DNA of 64,000 bases from Eledone cirrhosa (Eukaryota), in the NCBI GenBank assembly GCA_964016885.1, contig OZ024740.1, forward strand, positions 32,178,001 to 32,242,000, in the 5' to 3' direction. The position numbers were made by a program, and so were the translations under genes. The notes under the pieces are model-generated. The model had not been told where the DNA came from and did no database searches. It saw nothing but the letters and a program-made list of their open reading frames with translations. Within the stretch, counting starts at the first letter, position 1. Every line of letters starts with the position of its first letter. Positions 42,191 through 56,790 of the stretch are shown piece after piece.

Positions 42191-45100
42191 TAATATCTGA
42201 TAGTATCTCCTTCCCAATCTAATACCTGATAGTATCTCCTTCCCAATCTAATGTCTGACAGTATCTCCTTCCCATTCTAATATCTGACAGTAACTCCTTC
42301 CCAATGTAATATCTGATAGTAACTCCTTCCCAATCTAATGTCTGATAGTATCTCCTTCTCAATCTAATATCTGACAGTAACTCCTTCCCAATCTAATATC
42401 TGATAGTATCTCCTTCCCAATCTAATGTCTGACAGTATCTCCTTCCCAATCTAATATCTGATAGTATCTCCTTCCCAATCTAATATCTGATAGTAACTCC
42501 ATCCCAATCTAATATCTGATAGTATCTCCTTCCCAATCTAATGTCTGACAGTAACTCCTTCCTAATCTAATATCTGATAGTATCTCCTTCCCAATCTAAT
42601 GTCTGACAGTATCTCCTTCCCAATCTAATATCTGATAGTATCTCCTTCCCAATCTAATATCTGACAGTAACTCCTTCCCAATCTAATATCTGACAGTATC
42701 TCCTTCCCAATCTAATGTCTGACAGTATCTCCTTCCATTCTAATATCTGACAGTAACTCCTTCCCAATGTAATATCTGATAGAATCTCCTTCCCAATCTA
42801 ATATCTGATAGTATCTCCTTCCCAATCTAATGTCTGATAGTATCTCCTTCCCATTCTAATATCTGACAGTATCTCCTTCCCATTCTAATGTCTGATAGTA
42901 TCTCCTTCCCATTCTAATATCTGACAGTATCTTCTTCCCATTCTAATGTCTGATAGTATCCCCTTCCCATTCTAATATCTGATAGTATCTCCTTCCCAAT
43001 CTAATGTCTGATAGTATCTCCTTCCCAATCTAATATCTGATAGTATCTCCTTCCCATTCTAATGTCTGATAGTAACTCCTTCCCAATGTAATATCTGATA
43101 GTATCTCCTTCCCAATCTAATATCTGATAGTATCTCCTTCCCAATCTAATATCTGATAGTATCTCCTTCCCAATCTAATGTCTGATAGTATCTCCTTCCC
43201 AATCTAATATCTGATAGTATCTCCTTCCCAATCTAATATCTGATAGTATCTCCTTCCCAATCTAATGTCTGACAATATCTCCTTCCCATTCTAATATCTG
43301 ACAGTAACTCCTTCCCAATGTAATATCTGATAGTAACTCCTTCCCAATCTAATGTCTGATAGTATCTCCTTCCCAATGTAATATCTGACAGTAACTCCTT
43401 CCCAATCTAATATCTGATAGTATCTCCTTCCCAATCTAATATCTGATAGTATCTCCTTCACAATCTAATATCTGATAGTATCTCCTTCCCAATGTAATAT
43501 CTGATAGTATCTCCTTCCCAATCTAATATCTGATAGTATCTCCTTCCCAATCTAATGTCTGATAGTATCTCCTTCCCAATCTAATATCTGATAGTAATTC
43601 CTTCCCAATCTAATGTCTGATAGTAACTCCTTCCCAATCTAATATCTGACAGTAACTCCTTCCCAATCTAATATCTGACAGTATCTCCTTCACAATCTAA
43701 TATCTGATAGTATCTCCTTCCCAATCTAATGTCTGATAGTATCTCCTTCCCAATCTAATATCTGATAGTATCTCCTTCCCAATCTAATATCTGACAGTAA
43801 CTCCTTCCCAATGTAATATCTGATAGTATCTCCTTCCCAATCTAATATCTGATAGTAACTCCTTCCGATTCTAATATCTGACAGTAACTCCTTCCCAATC
43901 TAATATCTGACAGTATCTCCTTCACAATCTAATATCTGATAGTAACTCCTTCCCAATCTAATGTCTGATAGTATCTCCTTCCCAATCTAATGTCTGACAG
44001 TAACTCCTTCCCATTCTAATATCTGATAGTATCTCCTTCCCAATCTAATGTCTGATAGTATCTCCTTCCCAATCTAATATCTGACAGTATCTCCTTCCCA
44101 ATCTAATGTCTGATAGTATCTCCTTCTCATTCTAATATCTGATAGTATCTCCTTCCCAATCTAATGTCTGATAGTATCTCCTTCCCAATCTAATATCTGA
44201 TAGTATCTCCTTCCCAATCTAATATCTGACAGTAACTCCTTCCCAGTGTAATATCTGATAGTAACTCCTTCCCATTCTAATATCTGATAGTAACTCCTTC
44301 CCATTCTAATATCTGATAGTATCCCCTTCCCAATCTAATGTCTGATAGTATCTCCTTCCCAATCTAATATCTGACAGTAACTCCTTCCCAATCTAATATC
44401 TGATAGTATCTCCTTCCCAATCTAATATCTGATAGTATCTCCTTCCCAATCTAATGTCTGATAGTATCTCCTTCCCATTCTAATATCTGACAGTATCTCC
44501 TTCCCATTCTAGTATCTGACAGTATCTCCTTCCCATTCTAATATCTGATAGTATCTCCTTCCCAATCTAATATCTGACAGTAACTCCTTCCCAATCTAAT
44601 ATCCTATAGTATCTCCTTCCCAATCTAATATCTGATAGTATCTCCTTCCCAATCTAATGTCTGATAGTATCTCCTTCCCATTCTAATATCTGACAGTATC
44701 TCCTTCCCATTCTAATGTCTGATAGTAACTCCTTCCCAATCTAATGTCTGATAGTATCTCCTTCCCAATCTAATGTCTGACAGTAACTCCTTCCCATTCT
44801 AATATCTGATAGTATCTCCTTCCCAATCTAATGTCTGATAGTATCTCCTTCCCAATCTAATATCTGACAGTATCTCCTTCCCAATCTAATGTCTGATAGT
44901 ATCTCCTTCTCATTCTAATATCTGATAGTATCTCCTTCCCAATCTAATGTCTGATAGTATCTCCTTCCCAATCTAATATCTGACAGTAACTCCTTCCCAA
45001 TCTAATATCTGATAGTATCTCCTTCCCAATCTAATGTCTGATAGTATCTCCTTTCCATTCTAATATCTGATAGTATCTCCTTCCCATTCTAATATCTGAT

Positions 45101-48100
45101 AGTATCTCCTTCCCAATCTAATATCTGACAGTAACTCCTTCCCAATCTAATATCTGACAGTAACTCCTTCCCAGTGTAATATCTGATAGTAACTCCTTCC
45201 CATTCTAATATCTGATAGTAACTCCTTCCCATTCTAATATCTGATAGTATCCCCTTCCCAATCTAATGTCTGATAGTATCTCCTTCCCAATCTAATATCT
45301 GACAGTAACTCCTTCCCAATCTAATATCTGATAGTATCTCCTTCCCAATCTAATATCTGATAGTATCTCCTTCCCAATCTAATGTCTGATAGTATCTCCT
45401 TCCCATTCTAATATCTGACAGTATCTCCTTCCCATTCTAATATCTGACAGTATCTCCTTCCCATTCTAATATCTGATAGTATCTCCTTCCCAATCTAATA
45501 TCTGACAGTAACTCCTTCCCAATCTAATATCTGATAGTATCTCCTTCCCAATCTAATATCTGATAGTATCTCCTTCCCAATCTAATGTCTGATAGTATCT
45601 CCTTCCCATTCTAATATCTGACAGTATCTCCTTCCCAATCTAATATCAGATAGTATCTCCTTCCCAATCTAATGTCTGATAGTATCTCCTTCCCAATCTA
45701 ATATCTGATAGTATCTCCTTCCCAATCTAATATCTGATAGTATCTCCTTCCCAATCTAATGTCTGACAGTATCTCCTTCCCATTCTAATATCTGACAGTA
45801 ACTACTTCCCAATGTAATATCTGATAGTAACTCCTTCCCAATCTAATGTCTGATAGTATCTCCTTCTCAATCTAATATCTGACAGTAACTCCTTCCCAAT
45901 CTAATATCTGATAGTATCTCCTTCCCAATCTAATGTCTGACAGTATCTCCTTCCCAATCTAATATCTGATAGTATCTCCTTCCCAATCTAATATCTGATA
46001 GTAACTCCATCCCAATCTAATATCTGATAGTATCTCCTTCCCAATCTAATGTCTGACAGTAACTCCTTCCCAATCTAATATCTGACAGTATCTCCTTCCC
46101 AATCTAATGTCTGACAGTATCTCCTTCCATTCTAATATCTGACAGTAACTCCTTGCCAATGTAATATCTGATAGTATCTCCTTCCCAATCTAATATCTGA
46201 TAGTATCTCCTTCCCAATCTAATGTCTGATAGTATCTCCTTCCCATTCTAATATCTGACAGTATCTCCTTCCCATTCTAATGTCTGATAGTATCTCCTTC
46301 CCATTCTAATATCTGACAGTATCTTCTTCCCATTCTAATGTCTGATAGTATCCCCTTCCCATTCTAATATCTGATAGTATCTCCTTCCCAATCTAATGTC
46401 TGATAGTATCTCCTTCCCAATCTAATATCTGATAGTATCTCCTTCCCATTCTAATGTCTGATAGTAACTCCTTCCCAATGTAATATCTGATAGTATCTCC
46501 TTCCCAATCTAATATCTGATAGTATCTCCTTCCCAATCTAATATCTGATAGTATCTCCTTCCCAATCTAATGTCTGATAGTATCTCCTTCCCAATCTAAT
46601 ATCTGACAGTAACTCCTTCCCAATCTAATATCTGACATTAACTCCTTTCCAGTGTAATATCTGATAGTAACTCCTTCCCATTCTAATATCTGATAGTAAC
46701 TCCTTCCCATTCTAATATCTGATAGTATCCCCTTCCCAATCTAATGTCTGATAGTATCTCCTTCCCAATCTAATATCAGACAGTAACTCCTTCCCAATCT
46801 AATATCTGATAGTATCCCCTTCCCAATCTAATATCTGATAGTATCTCCTTCCCAATCTAATGTCTGATAGTATCTCCTTCCCATTCTAATGTCTGACAGT
46901 ATCTCCTTCCCATTCTAATATCTGACAGTATCTCCTTCCCATTCTAATATCTGATAGTATCTCCTTTCCAATCTAATATCTGACAGTAACTCCTTCCCAA
47001 TCTAATATCTGATAGTATCTCCTTCCCAATCTAATATCTGATAGTATCTCCTTCCCAATCTAATGTCTGATAGTATCTCCTTCCCATTCTAATATCTGAC
47101 AGTATCTCCTTCCCATTCTAATATCTGACAGTATCTCCTTCCCAATCTAATATCTGATAGTATCTCCTTCCCAATCTAATGTCTGATAGTATCTCCTTCC
47201 CAATCTAATGTCTGATAGTATCTCCTTCCCAATCTAATATCTGATAGTATCTCCTTCCCAATCTAATATCTGATAGTATCTCCTTCCCAATCTAATGTCT
47301 GACAGTATCTCCTTCCCATTCTAATATCTGACAGTAACTCCTTCCCAATGTAATATCTGATAGTAACTCCTTCCCAATCTAATGTCTGATAGTATCTCCT
47401 TCTCAATCTAATATCTGACAGTAACTCCTTCCCAATCTAATATCTGATAGTATCTCCTTCCCAATCTAATGTCTGACAGTATCTCCTTCCCAATCTAATA
47501 TCTGATAGTATCTCCTTCCCAATCTAATATCTGATAGTAACTCCTTCCCAATCTAATATCTGATAGTATCTCCTTCCCAATCTAATGTCTGACAGTATCT
47601 CCTTCCCAATCTAATATCTGATAGTATCTCCTTCCCAATCTAATATCTGACAGTAACTCCTTCCCAATCTAATATCTGACAGTATCTCCTTCCCAATCTA
47701 ATGTCTGACAGTATCTCCTTCCATTCTAATATCTGACAGTAACTCCTTCCCAATGTAATATCTGATAGTATCTCCTTCCCAATCTAATATCTGATAGTAT
47801 CTCCTTCCCAATCTAATGTCTGATAGTATCTCCTTCCCATTCTAATATCTGACAGTATCTCCTTCCCATTCTAATGTCTGATAGTAACTCCTTCCCAATC
47901 TAATGTCTGATAGTATCTCCTTCCCAATCTAATGTCTGACAGTAACTCCTTCCCATTCTAATATCTGATAGTATCTCCTTCCCAATCTAATGTCTGATAG
48001 TATCTCCTTCCCAATCTAATATCTGACAGTATCTCCTTCCCAATCTAATGTCTGATAGTATCTCCTTCTCATTCTAATATCTGATAGTATCTCCTTCCCA

Positions 48101-51100
48101 ATCTAATGTCTGATAGTATCTCCTTCCCAATCTAATATCTGACAGTAACTCCTTCCCAATCTAATATCTGATAGTATCTCCTTCCCAATCTAATGTCTGA
48201 TAGTATCTCCTTTCCATTCTAATATCTGATAGTATCTCCTTCCCATTCTAATATCTGATAGTATCTCCTTCCCAATCTAATATCTGACAGTAACTCCTTC
48301 CCAATCTAATATCTGACAGTAACTCCTTCCCAGTGTAATATCTGATAGTAACTCCTTCCCATTCTAATATCTGATAGTAACTCCTTCCCATTCTAATATC
48401 TGATAGTATCCCCTTCCCAATCTAATGTCTGATAGTATCTCCTTCCCAATCTAATATCTGACAGTAACTCCTTCCCAATCTAATATCTGATAGTATCTCC
48501 TTCCCAATCTAATATCTGATAGTATCTCCTTCCCAATCTAATGTCTGATAGTATCTCCTTCCCATTCTAATATCTGACAGTATCTCCTTCCCATTCTAAT
48601 ATCTGACAGTATCTCCTTCCCATTCTAATATCTGATAGTATCTCCTTCCCAATCTAATATCTGACAGTAACTCCTTCCCAATCTAATATCTGATAGTATC
48701 TCCTTCCCAATCTAATATCTGATAGTATCTCCTTCCCAATCTAATGTCTGATAGTATCTCCTTCCCATTCTAATATCTGACAGTATCTCCTTCCCAATCT
48801 AATATCAGATAGTATCTCCTTCCCAATCTAATGTCTGATAGTATCTCCTTCCCAATCTAATATCTGATAGTATCTCCTTCCCAATCTAATATCTGATAGT
48901 ATCTCCTTCCCAATCTAATGTCTGACAGTATCTCCTTCCCATTCTAATATCTGACAGTAACTCCTTCCCAATGTAATATCTGATAGTAACTCCTTCCCAA
49001 TCTAATGTCTGATAGTATCTCCTTCTCAATCTAATATCTGACAGTAACTCCTTCCCAATCTAATATCTGATAGTATCTCCTTCCCAATCTAATGTCTGAC
49101 AGTATCTCCTTCCCAATCTAATATCTGATAGTATCTCCTTCCCAATCTAATTTCTGATAGTAACTCCATCCCAATCTAATATCTGATAGTATCTCCTTCC
49201 CAATCTAATGTCTGACAGTAACTCCTTCCCAATCTAATATCTGACAGTATCTCCTTCCCAATCTAATGTCTGACAGTATCTCCTTCCATTCTAATATCTG
49301 ACAGTAACTCCTTCCCAATGTAATATCTGATAGTATCTCCTTCCCAATCTAATATCTGATAGTATCTCCTTCCCAATCTAATGTCTGATAGTATCTCCTT
49401 CCCATTCTAATATCTGACAGTATCTCCTTCCCATTCTAATGTCTGATAGTATCTCCTTCCCATTCTAATATCTGACAGTATCTTCTTCCCATTCTAATGT
49501 CTGATAGTATCCCCTTCCCATTCTAATATCTGATAGTATCTCCTTCCCAATCTAATGTCTGATAGTATCTCCTTCCCAATCTAATATCTGATAGTATCTC
49601 CTTCCCATTCTAATGTCTGATAGTAACTCCTTCCCAATGTAATATCTGATAGTATCTCCTTCCCAATCTAATATCTGATAGTATCTCCTTCCCAATCTAA
49701 TATCTGATAGTATCTCCTTCCCAATCTAATGTCTGATAGTATCTCCTTCCCAATCTAATATCTGACAGTAACTCCTTCCCAATCTAATATCTGACATTAA
49801 CTCCTTTCCAGTGTAATATCTGATAGTAACTCCTTCCCATTCTAATATCTGATAGTAACTCCTTCCCATTCTAATATCTGATAGTATCCCCTTCCCAATC
49901 TAATGTCTGATAGTATCTCCTTCCCAATCTAATATCAGACAGTAACTCCTTCCCAATCTAATATCTGATAGTATCTCCTTCCCAATCTAATATCTGATAG
50001 TATCTCCTTCCCAATCTAATGTCTGATAGTATCTCCTTCCCATTCTAATATCTGACAGTATCTCCTTCCCATTCTAATATCTGACAGTATCTCCTTCCCA
50101 TTCTAATATCTGATAGTATCTCCTTTCCAATCTAATATCTGACAGTAACTCCTTCCCAATCTAATATCTGATAGTATCTCCTTCCCAATCTAATATCTGA
50201 TAGTATCTCCTTCCCAATCTAATGTCTGATAGTATCTCCTTCCCATTCTAATATCTGACAGTATCTCCTTCCCATTCTAATATCTGACAGTATCTCCTTC
50301 CCAATCTAATATCTGATAGTATCTCCTTCCCAATCTAATGTCTGATAGTATCTCCTTCCCAATCTAATATCTGATAGTATCTCCTTCCCAATCTAATACC
50401 TGATAGTATCTCCTTCCCAATCTAATGTCTGACAGTATCTCCTTCCCATTCTAATATCTGACAGTAACTCCTTCCCAATGTAATATCTGATAGTAACTCC
50501 TTCCCAATCTAATGTCTGATAGTATCTCCTTCTCAATCTAATATCTGACAGTAACTCCTTCCCAATCTAATATCTGATAGTATCTCCTTCCCAATCTAAT
50601 GTCTGACAGTATCTCCTTCCCAATCTAATATCTGATAGTATCTCCTTCCCAATCTAATATCTGATAGTAACTCCATCCCAATCTAATATCTGATAGTATC
50701 TCCTTCCCAATCTAATGTCTGACAGTAACTCCTTCCTAATCTAATATCTGATAGTATCTCCTTCCCAATCTAATGTCTGACAGTATCTCCTTCCCAATCT
50801 AATATCTGATAGTATCTCCTTCCCAATCTAATATCTGACAGTAACTCCTTCCCAATCTAATATCTGACAGTATCTCCTTCCCAATCTAATGTCTGACAGT
50901 ATCTCCTTCCATTCTAATATCTGACAGTAACTCCTTCCCAATGTAATATCTGATAGAATCTCCTTCCCAATCTAATATCTGATAGTATCTCCTTCCCAAT
51001 CTAATGTCTGATAGTATCTCCTTCCCATTCTAATATCTGACAGTATCTCCTTCCCATTCTAATGTCTGATAGTATCTCCTTCCCATTCTAATATCTGACA

Positions 51101-52890
51101 GTATCTTCTTCCCATTCTAATGTCTGATAGTATCCCCTTCCCATTCTAATATCTGATAGTATCTCCTTCCCAATCTAATGTCTGATAGTATCTCCTTCCC
51201 AATCTAATATCTGATAGTATCTCCTTCCCATTCTAATGTCTGATAGTAACTCCTTCCCAATGTAATATCTGATAGTATCTCCTTCCCAATCTAATATCTG
51301 ATAGTATCTCCTTCCCAATCTAATATCTGATAGTATCTCCTTCCCAATCTAATGTCTGATAGTATCTCCTTCCCAATCTAATATCTGATAGTATCTCCTT
51401 CCCAATCTAATATCTGATAGTATCTCCTTCCCAATCTAATGTCTGACAATATCTCCTTCCCATTCTAATATCTGACAGTAACTCCTTCCCAATGTAATAT
51501 CTGATAGTAACTCCTTCCCAATCTAATGTCTGATAGTATCTCCTTCCCAATGTAATATCTGACAGTAACTCCTTCCCAATCTAATATCTGATAGTATCTC
51601 CTTCCCAATCTAATATCTGATAGTATCTCCTTCACAATCTAATATCTGATAGTATCTCCTTCCCAATGTAATATCTGATAGTATCTCCTTCCCAATCTAA
51701 TATCTGATAGTATCTCCTTCCCAATCTAATGTCTGATAGTATCTCCTTCCCAATCTAATATCTGATAGTAATTCCTTCCCAATCTAATGTCTGATAGTAA
51801 CTCCTTCCCAATCTAATATCTGACAGTAACTCCTTCCCAATCTAATATCTGACAGTATCTCCTTCACAATCTAATATCTGATAGTATCTCCTTCCCAATC
51901 TAATGTCTGATAGTATCTCCTTCCCAATCTAATATCTGATAGTATCTCCTTCCCAATCTAATATCTGACAGTAACTCCTTCCCAATGTAATATCTGATAG
52001 TATCTCCTTCCCAATCTAATATCTGATAGTAACTCCTTCCGATTCTAATATCTGACAGTAACTCCTTCCCAATCTAATATCTGACAGTATCTCCTTCACA
52101 ATCTAATATCTGATAGTAACTCCTTCCCAATCTAATGTCTGATAGTATCTCCTTCCCAATCTAATGTCTGACAGTAACTCCTTCCCATTCTAATATCTGA
52201 TAGTATCTCCTTCCCAATCTAATGTCTGATAGTATCTCCTTCCCAATCTAATATCTGACAGTATCTCCTTCCCAATCTAATGTCTGATAGTATCTCCTTC
52301 TCATTCTAATATCTGATAGTATCTCCTTCCCAATCTAATGTCTGATAGTATCTCCTTCCCAATCTAATATCTGATAGTATCTCCTTCCCAATCTAATATC
52401 TGACAGTAACTCCTTCCCAGTGTAATATCTGATAGTAACTCCTTCCCATTCTAATATCTGATAGTAACTCCTTCCCATTCTAATATCTGATAGTATCCCC
52501 TTCCCAATCTAATGTCTGATAGTATCTCCTTCCCAATCTAATATCTGACAGTAACTCCTTCCCAATCTAATATCTGATAGTATCTCCTTCCCAATCTAAT
52601 ATCTGATAGTATCTCCTTCCCAATCTAATGTCTGATAGTATCTCCTTCCCATTCTAATATCTGACAGTATCTCCTTCCCATTCTAGTATCTGACAGTATC
52701 TCCTTCCCATTCTAATATCTGATAGTATCTCCTTCCCAATCTAATATCTGACAGTAACTCCTTCCCAATCTAATATCCTATAGTATCTCCTTCCCAATCT
52801 AATATCTGATAGTATCTCCTTCCCAATCTAATGTCTGATAGTATCTCCTTCCCATTCTAATATCTGACAGTATCTCCTTCCCATTCTAAT
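36433..52890. repeat. Near-identical tandem duplication, period 8,174 bp (282 monomers)
   Basis: Markers at +8174: ATCAGAT 37474/45648, AACTACT 37630/45804, TTGCCAA 37981/46155, ACATTAAC 38464/46638, AATTTC 40978/49152, TCCTAAT 42563/50737, CCGATT 43867/52041, CTAGTAT 44512/52686, ATCCTAT 44604/52778. 282x29-4 matches four 1-bp deletion monomers. Confidence 0.93.
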
Positions 52891-55800
52891 ATCTGACAGT
52901 ATCTCCTTCCCAATCTAATATCTGATAGTATCTCCTTCCCAATCTAATGTCTGATAGTATCTCCTTCCCAATCTAATATCTGATAGTATCTCCTTCCCAA
53001 TCTAATATCTGATAGTATCTCCTTCCCAATCCAATGTCTGACAGTATCTCCTTCCCATTCTAATATCTGACAGTAACTCCTTCCCAATGTAATATCTGAT
53101 AGTAACTCCTTCCCAATCTAATGTCTGATAGTATCTCCTTCTCAATCTAATATCTGACAGTAACTCCTTCCCAATCTAATATCTGATAGTATCTCCTTCC
53201 CAATCTAATGTCTGACAGTATCTCCTTCCCAATCTAATATCTGATAGTATCTCCTTCCCAATCTAATATCTGACAGTAACTCCTTCCCAATCTAATATCT
53301 GACATTAACTCCTTTCCAGTGTAATATCTGATAGTAACTCCTTCCCATTCTAATATCTGATAGTAACTCCTTCCCATTCTAATATCTGATAGTATCCCCT
53401 TCCCAATCTAATGTCTGATAGTATCTCCTTCCCAATCTAATATCAGACAGTAACTCCTTCCCAATCTAATATCTGATAGTATCTCCTTCCCAATCTAATA
53501 TCTGATAGTATCTCCTTCCCAATCTAATGTCTGATAGTATCTCCTTCCCATTCTAATATCTGACAGTATCTCCTTCCCATTCTAATATCTGACAGTATCT
53601 CCTTCCCATTCTAATATCTGATAGTATCTCCTTTCCAATCTAATATCTGACAGTAACTCCTTCCCAATCTAATATCTGATAGTATCTCCTTCCCAATCTA
53701 ATATCTGATAGTATCTCCTTCCCAATCTAATGTCTGATAGTATCTCCTTCCCATTCTAATATCTGACAGTATCTCCTTCCCATTCTAATATCTGACAGTA
53801 TCTCCTTCCCAATCTAATATCTGATAGTATCTCCTTCCCAATCTAATGTCTGATAGTATCTCCTTCCCAATCTAATATCTGATAGTATCTCCTTCCCAAT
53901 CTAATACCTGATAGTATCTCCTTCCCAATCTAATGTCTGACAGTATCTCCTTCCCATTCTAATATCTGACAGTAACTCCTTCCCAATGTAATATCTGATA
54001 GTAACTCCTTCCCAATCTAATGTCTGATAGTATCTCCTTCTCAATCTAATATCTGACAGTAACTCCTTCCCAATCTAATATCTGATAGTATCTCCTTCCC
54101 AATCTAATATCTGATAGTATCTCCTTCCCAATCTAATGTCTGACAATATCTCCTTCCCATTCTAATATCTGACAGTAACTCCTTCCCAATGTAATATCTG
54201 ATAGTAACTCCTTCCCAATCTAATGTCTGATAGTATCTCCTTCCCAATGTAATATCTGACAGTAACTCCTTCCCAATCTAATATCTGATAGTATCTCCTT
54301 CCCAATCTAATATCTGATAGTATCTCCTTCACAATCTAATATCTGATAGTATCTCCTTCCCAATGTAATATCTGATAGTATCTCCTTCCCAATCTAATAT
54401 CTGATAGTATCTCCTTCCCAATCTAATGTCTGATAGTATCTCCTTCCCAATCTAATATCTGATAGTAATTCCTTCCCAATCTAATGTCTGATAGTAACTC
54501 CTTCCCAATCTAATATCTGACAGTAACTCCTTCCCAATCTAATATCTGACAGTATCTCCTTCACAATCTAATATCTGATAGTATCTCCTTCCCAATCTAA
54601 TGTCTGATAGTATCTCCTTCCCAATCTAATATCTGATAGTATCTCCTTCCCAATCTAATATCTGACAGTAACTCCTTCCCAATGTAATATCTGATAGTAT
54701 CTCCTTCCCAATCTAATATCTGATAGTAACTCCTTCCGATTCTAATATCTGACAGTAACTCCTTCCCAATCTAATATCTGACAGTATCTCCTTCACAATC
54801 TAATATCTGATAGTAACTCCTTCCCAATCTAATGTCTGATAGTATCTCCTTCCCAATCTAATGTCTGACAGTAACTCCTTCCCATTCTAATATCTGATAG
54901 TATCTCCTTCCCAATCTAATGTCTGATAGTATCTCCTTCCCAATCTAATATCTGACAGTATCTCCTTCCCAATCTAATGTCTGATAGTATCTCCTTCTCA
55001 TTCTAATATCTGATAGTATCTCCTTCCCAATCTAATGTCTGATAGTATCTCCTTCCCAATCTAATATCTGATAGTATCTCCTTCCCAATCTAATATCTGA
55101 CAGTAACTCCTTCCCAGTGTAATATCTGATAGTAACTCCTTCCCATTCTAATATCTGATAGTAACTCCTTCCCATTCTAATATCTGATAGTATCCCCTTC
55201 CCAATCTAATGTCTGATAGTATCTCCTTCCCAATCTAATATCTGACAGTAACTCCTTCCCAATCTAATATCTGATAGTATCTCCTTCCCAATCTAATATC
55301 TGATAGTATCTCCTTCCCAATCTAATGTCTGATAGTATCTCCTTCCCATTCTAATATCTGACAGTATCTCCTTCCCATTCTAATATCTGACAGTATCTCC
55401 TTCCCATTCTAATATCTGATAGTATCTCCTTCCCAATCTAATATCTGACAGTAACTCCTTCCCAATCTAATATCTGATAGTATCTCCTTCCCAATCTAAT
55501 ATCTGATAGTATCTCCTTCCCAATCTAATGTCTGATAGTATCTCCTTCCCATTCTAATATCTGACAGTATCTCCTTCCCATTCTAATATCTGACAGTATC
55601 TCCTTCCCAATCTAATATCTGATAGTATCTCCTTCCCAATCTAATGTCTGATAGTATCTCCTTCCCAATCTAATATCTGATAGTATCTCCTTCCCAATCT
55701 AATATCTGATAGTATCTCCTTCCCAATCCAATGTCTGACAGTATCTCCTTCCCATTCTAATATCTGACAGTAACTCATTCCCAATGTAATATCTGATAGT

Positions 55801-56790
55801 AACTCCTTCCCAATCTAATGTCTGATAGTATCTCCTTCTCAATCTAATATCTGACAGTAACTCCTTCCCAATCTAATATCTGATAGTATCTCCTTCCCAA
55901 TCTAATGTCTGACAGTATCTCCTTCCCAATCTAATATCTGATAGTATCTCCTTCCCAATCTAATATCTGACAGTAACTCCTTCCCAATCTAATATCTGAC
56001 ATTAACTCCTTTCCAGTGTAATATCTGATAGTAACTCCTTCCCATTCTAATATCTGATAGTAACTCCTTCCCATTCTAATATCTGATAGTATCCCCTTCC
56101 CAATCTAATGTCTGATAGTATCTCCTTCCCAATCTAATATCAGACAGTAACTCCTTCCCAATCTAATATCTGATAGTATCTCCTTCCCAATCTAATATCT
56201 GATAGTATCTCCTTCCCAATCTAATGTCTGATAGTATCTCCTTCCCATTCTAATATCTGACAGTATCTCCTTCCCATTCTAATATCTGACAGTATCTCCT
56301 TCCCATTCTAATATCTGATAGTATCTCCTTTCCAATCTAATATCTGACAGTAACTCCTTCCCAATCTAGTATCTGATAGTATCTCCTTCCCAATCTAATA
56401 TCTGATAGTATCTCCTTCCCAATCTAATGTCTGATAGTATCTCCTTCCCATTCTAATATCTGACAGTATCTCCTTCCCATTCTAATATCTGACAGTATCT
56501 CCTTCCCAATCTAATATCTGATAGTATCTCCTTCCCAATCTAATGTCTGATAGTATCTCCTTCCCAATCTAATATCTGATAGTATCTCCTTCCCAATCTA
56601 ATACCTGATAGTATCTCCTTCCCAATCTAATGTCTGACAGTATCTCCTTCCCATTCTAATATCTGACAGTAACTCCTTCCCAATGTAATATCTGATAGTA
56701 ACTCCTTCCCAATCTAATGTCTGATAGTATCTCCTTCTCAATCTAATATCTGACAGTAACTCCTTCCCAATCTAATATCTGATAGTATCT
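51400..56790. repeat. Tandem duplication, period 2,697 bp (93 monomers)
   Basis: Markers at +2697: GACAATA 51449/54146, CCGATT 52041/54738, CAGTG 52420/55117 and 53319/56016, AATCCAA 53032/55729, AATACCTG 53907/56604. Exactly 93x29. Confidence 0.88.
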
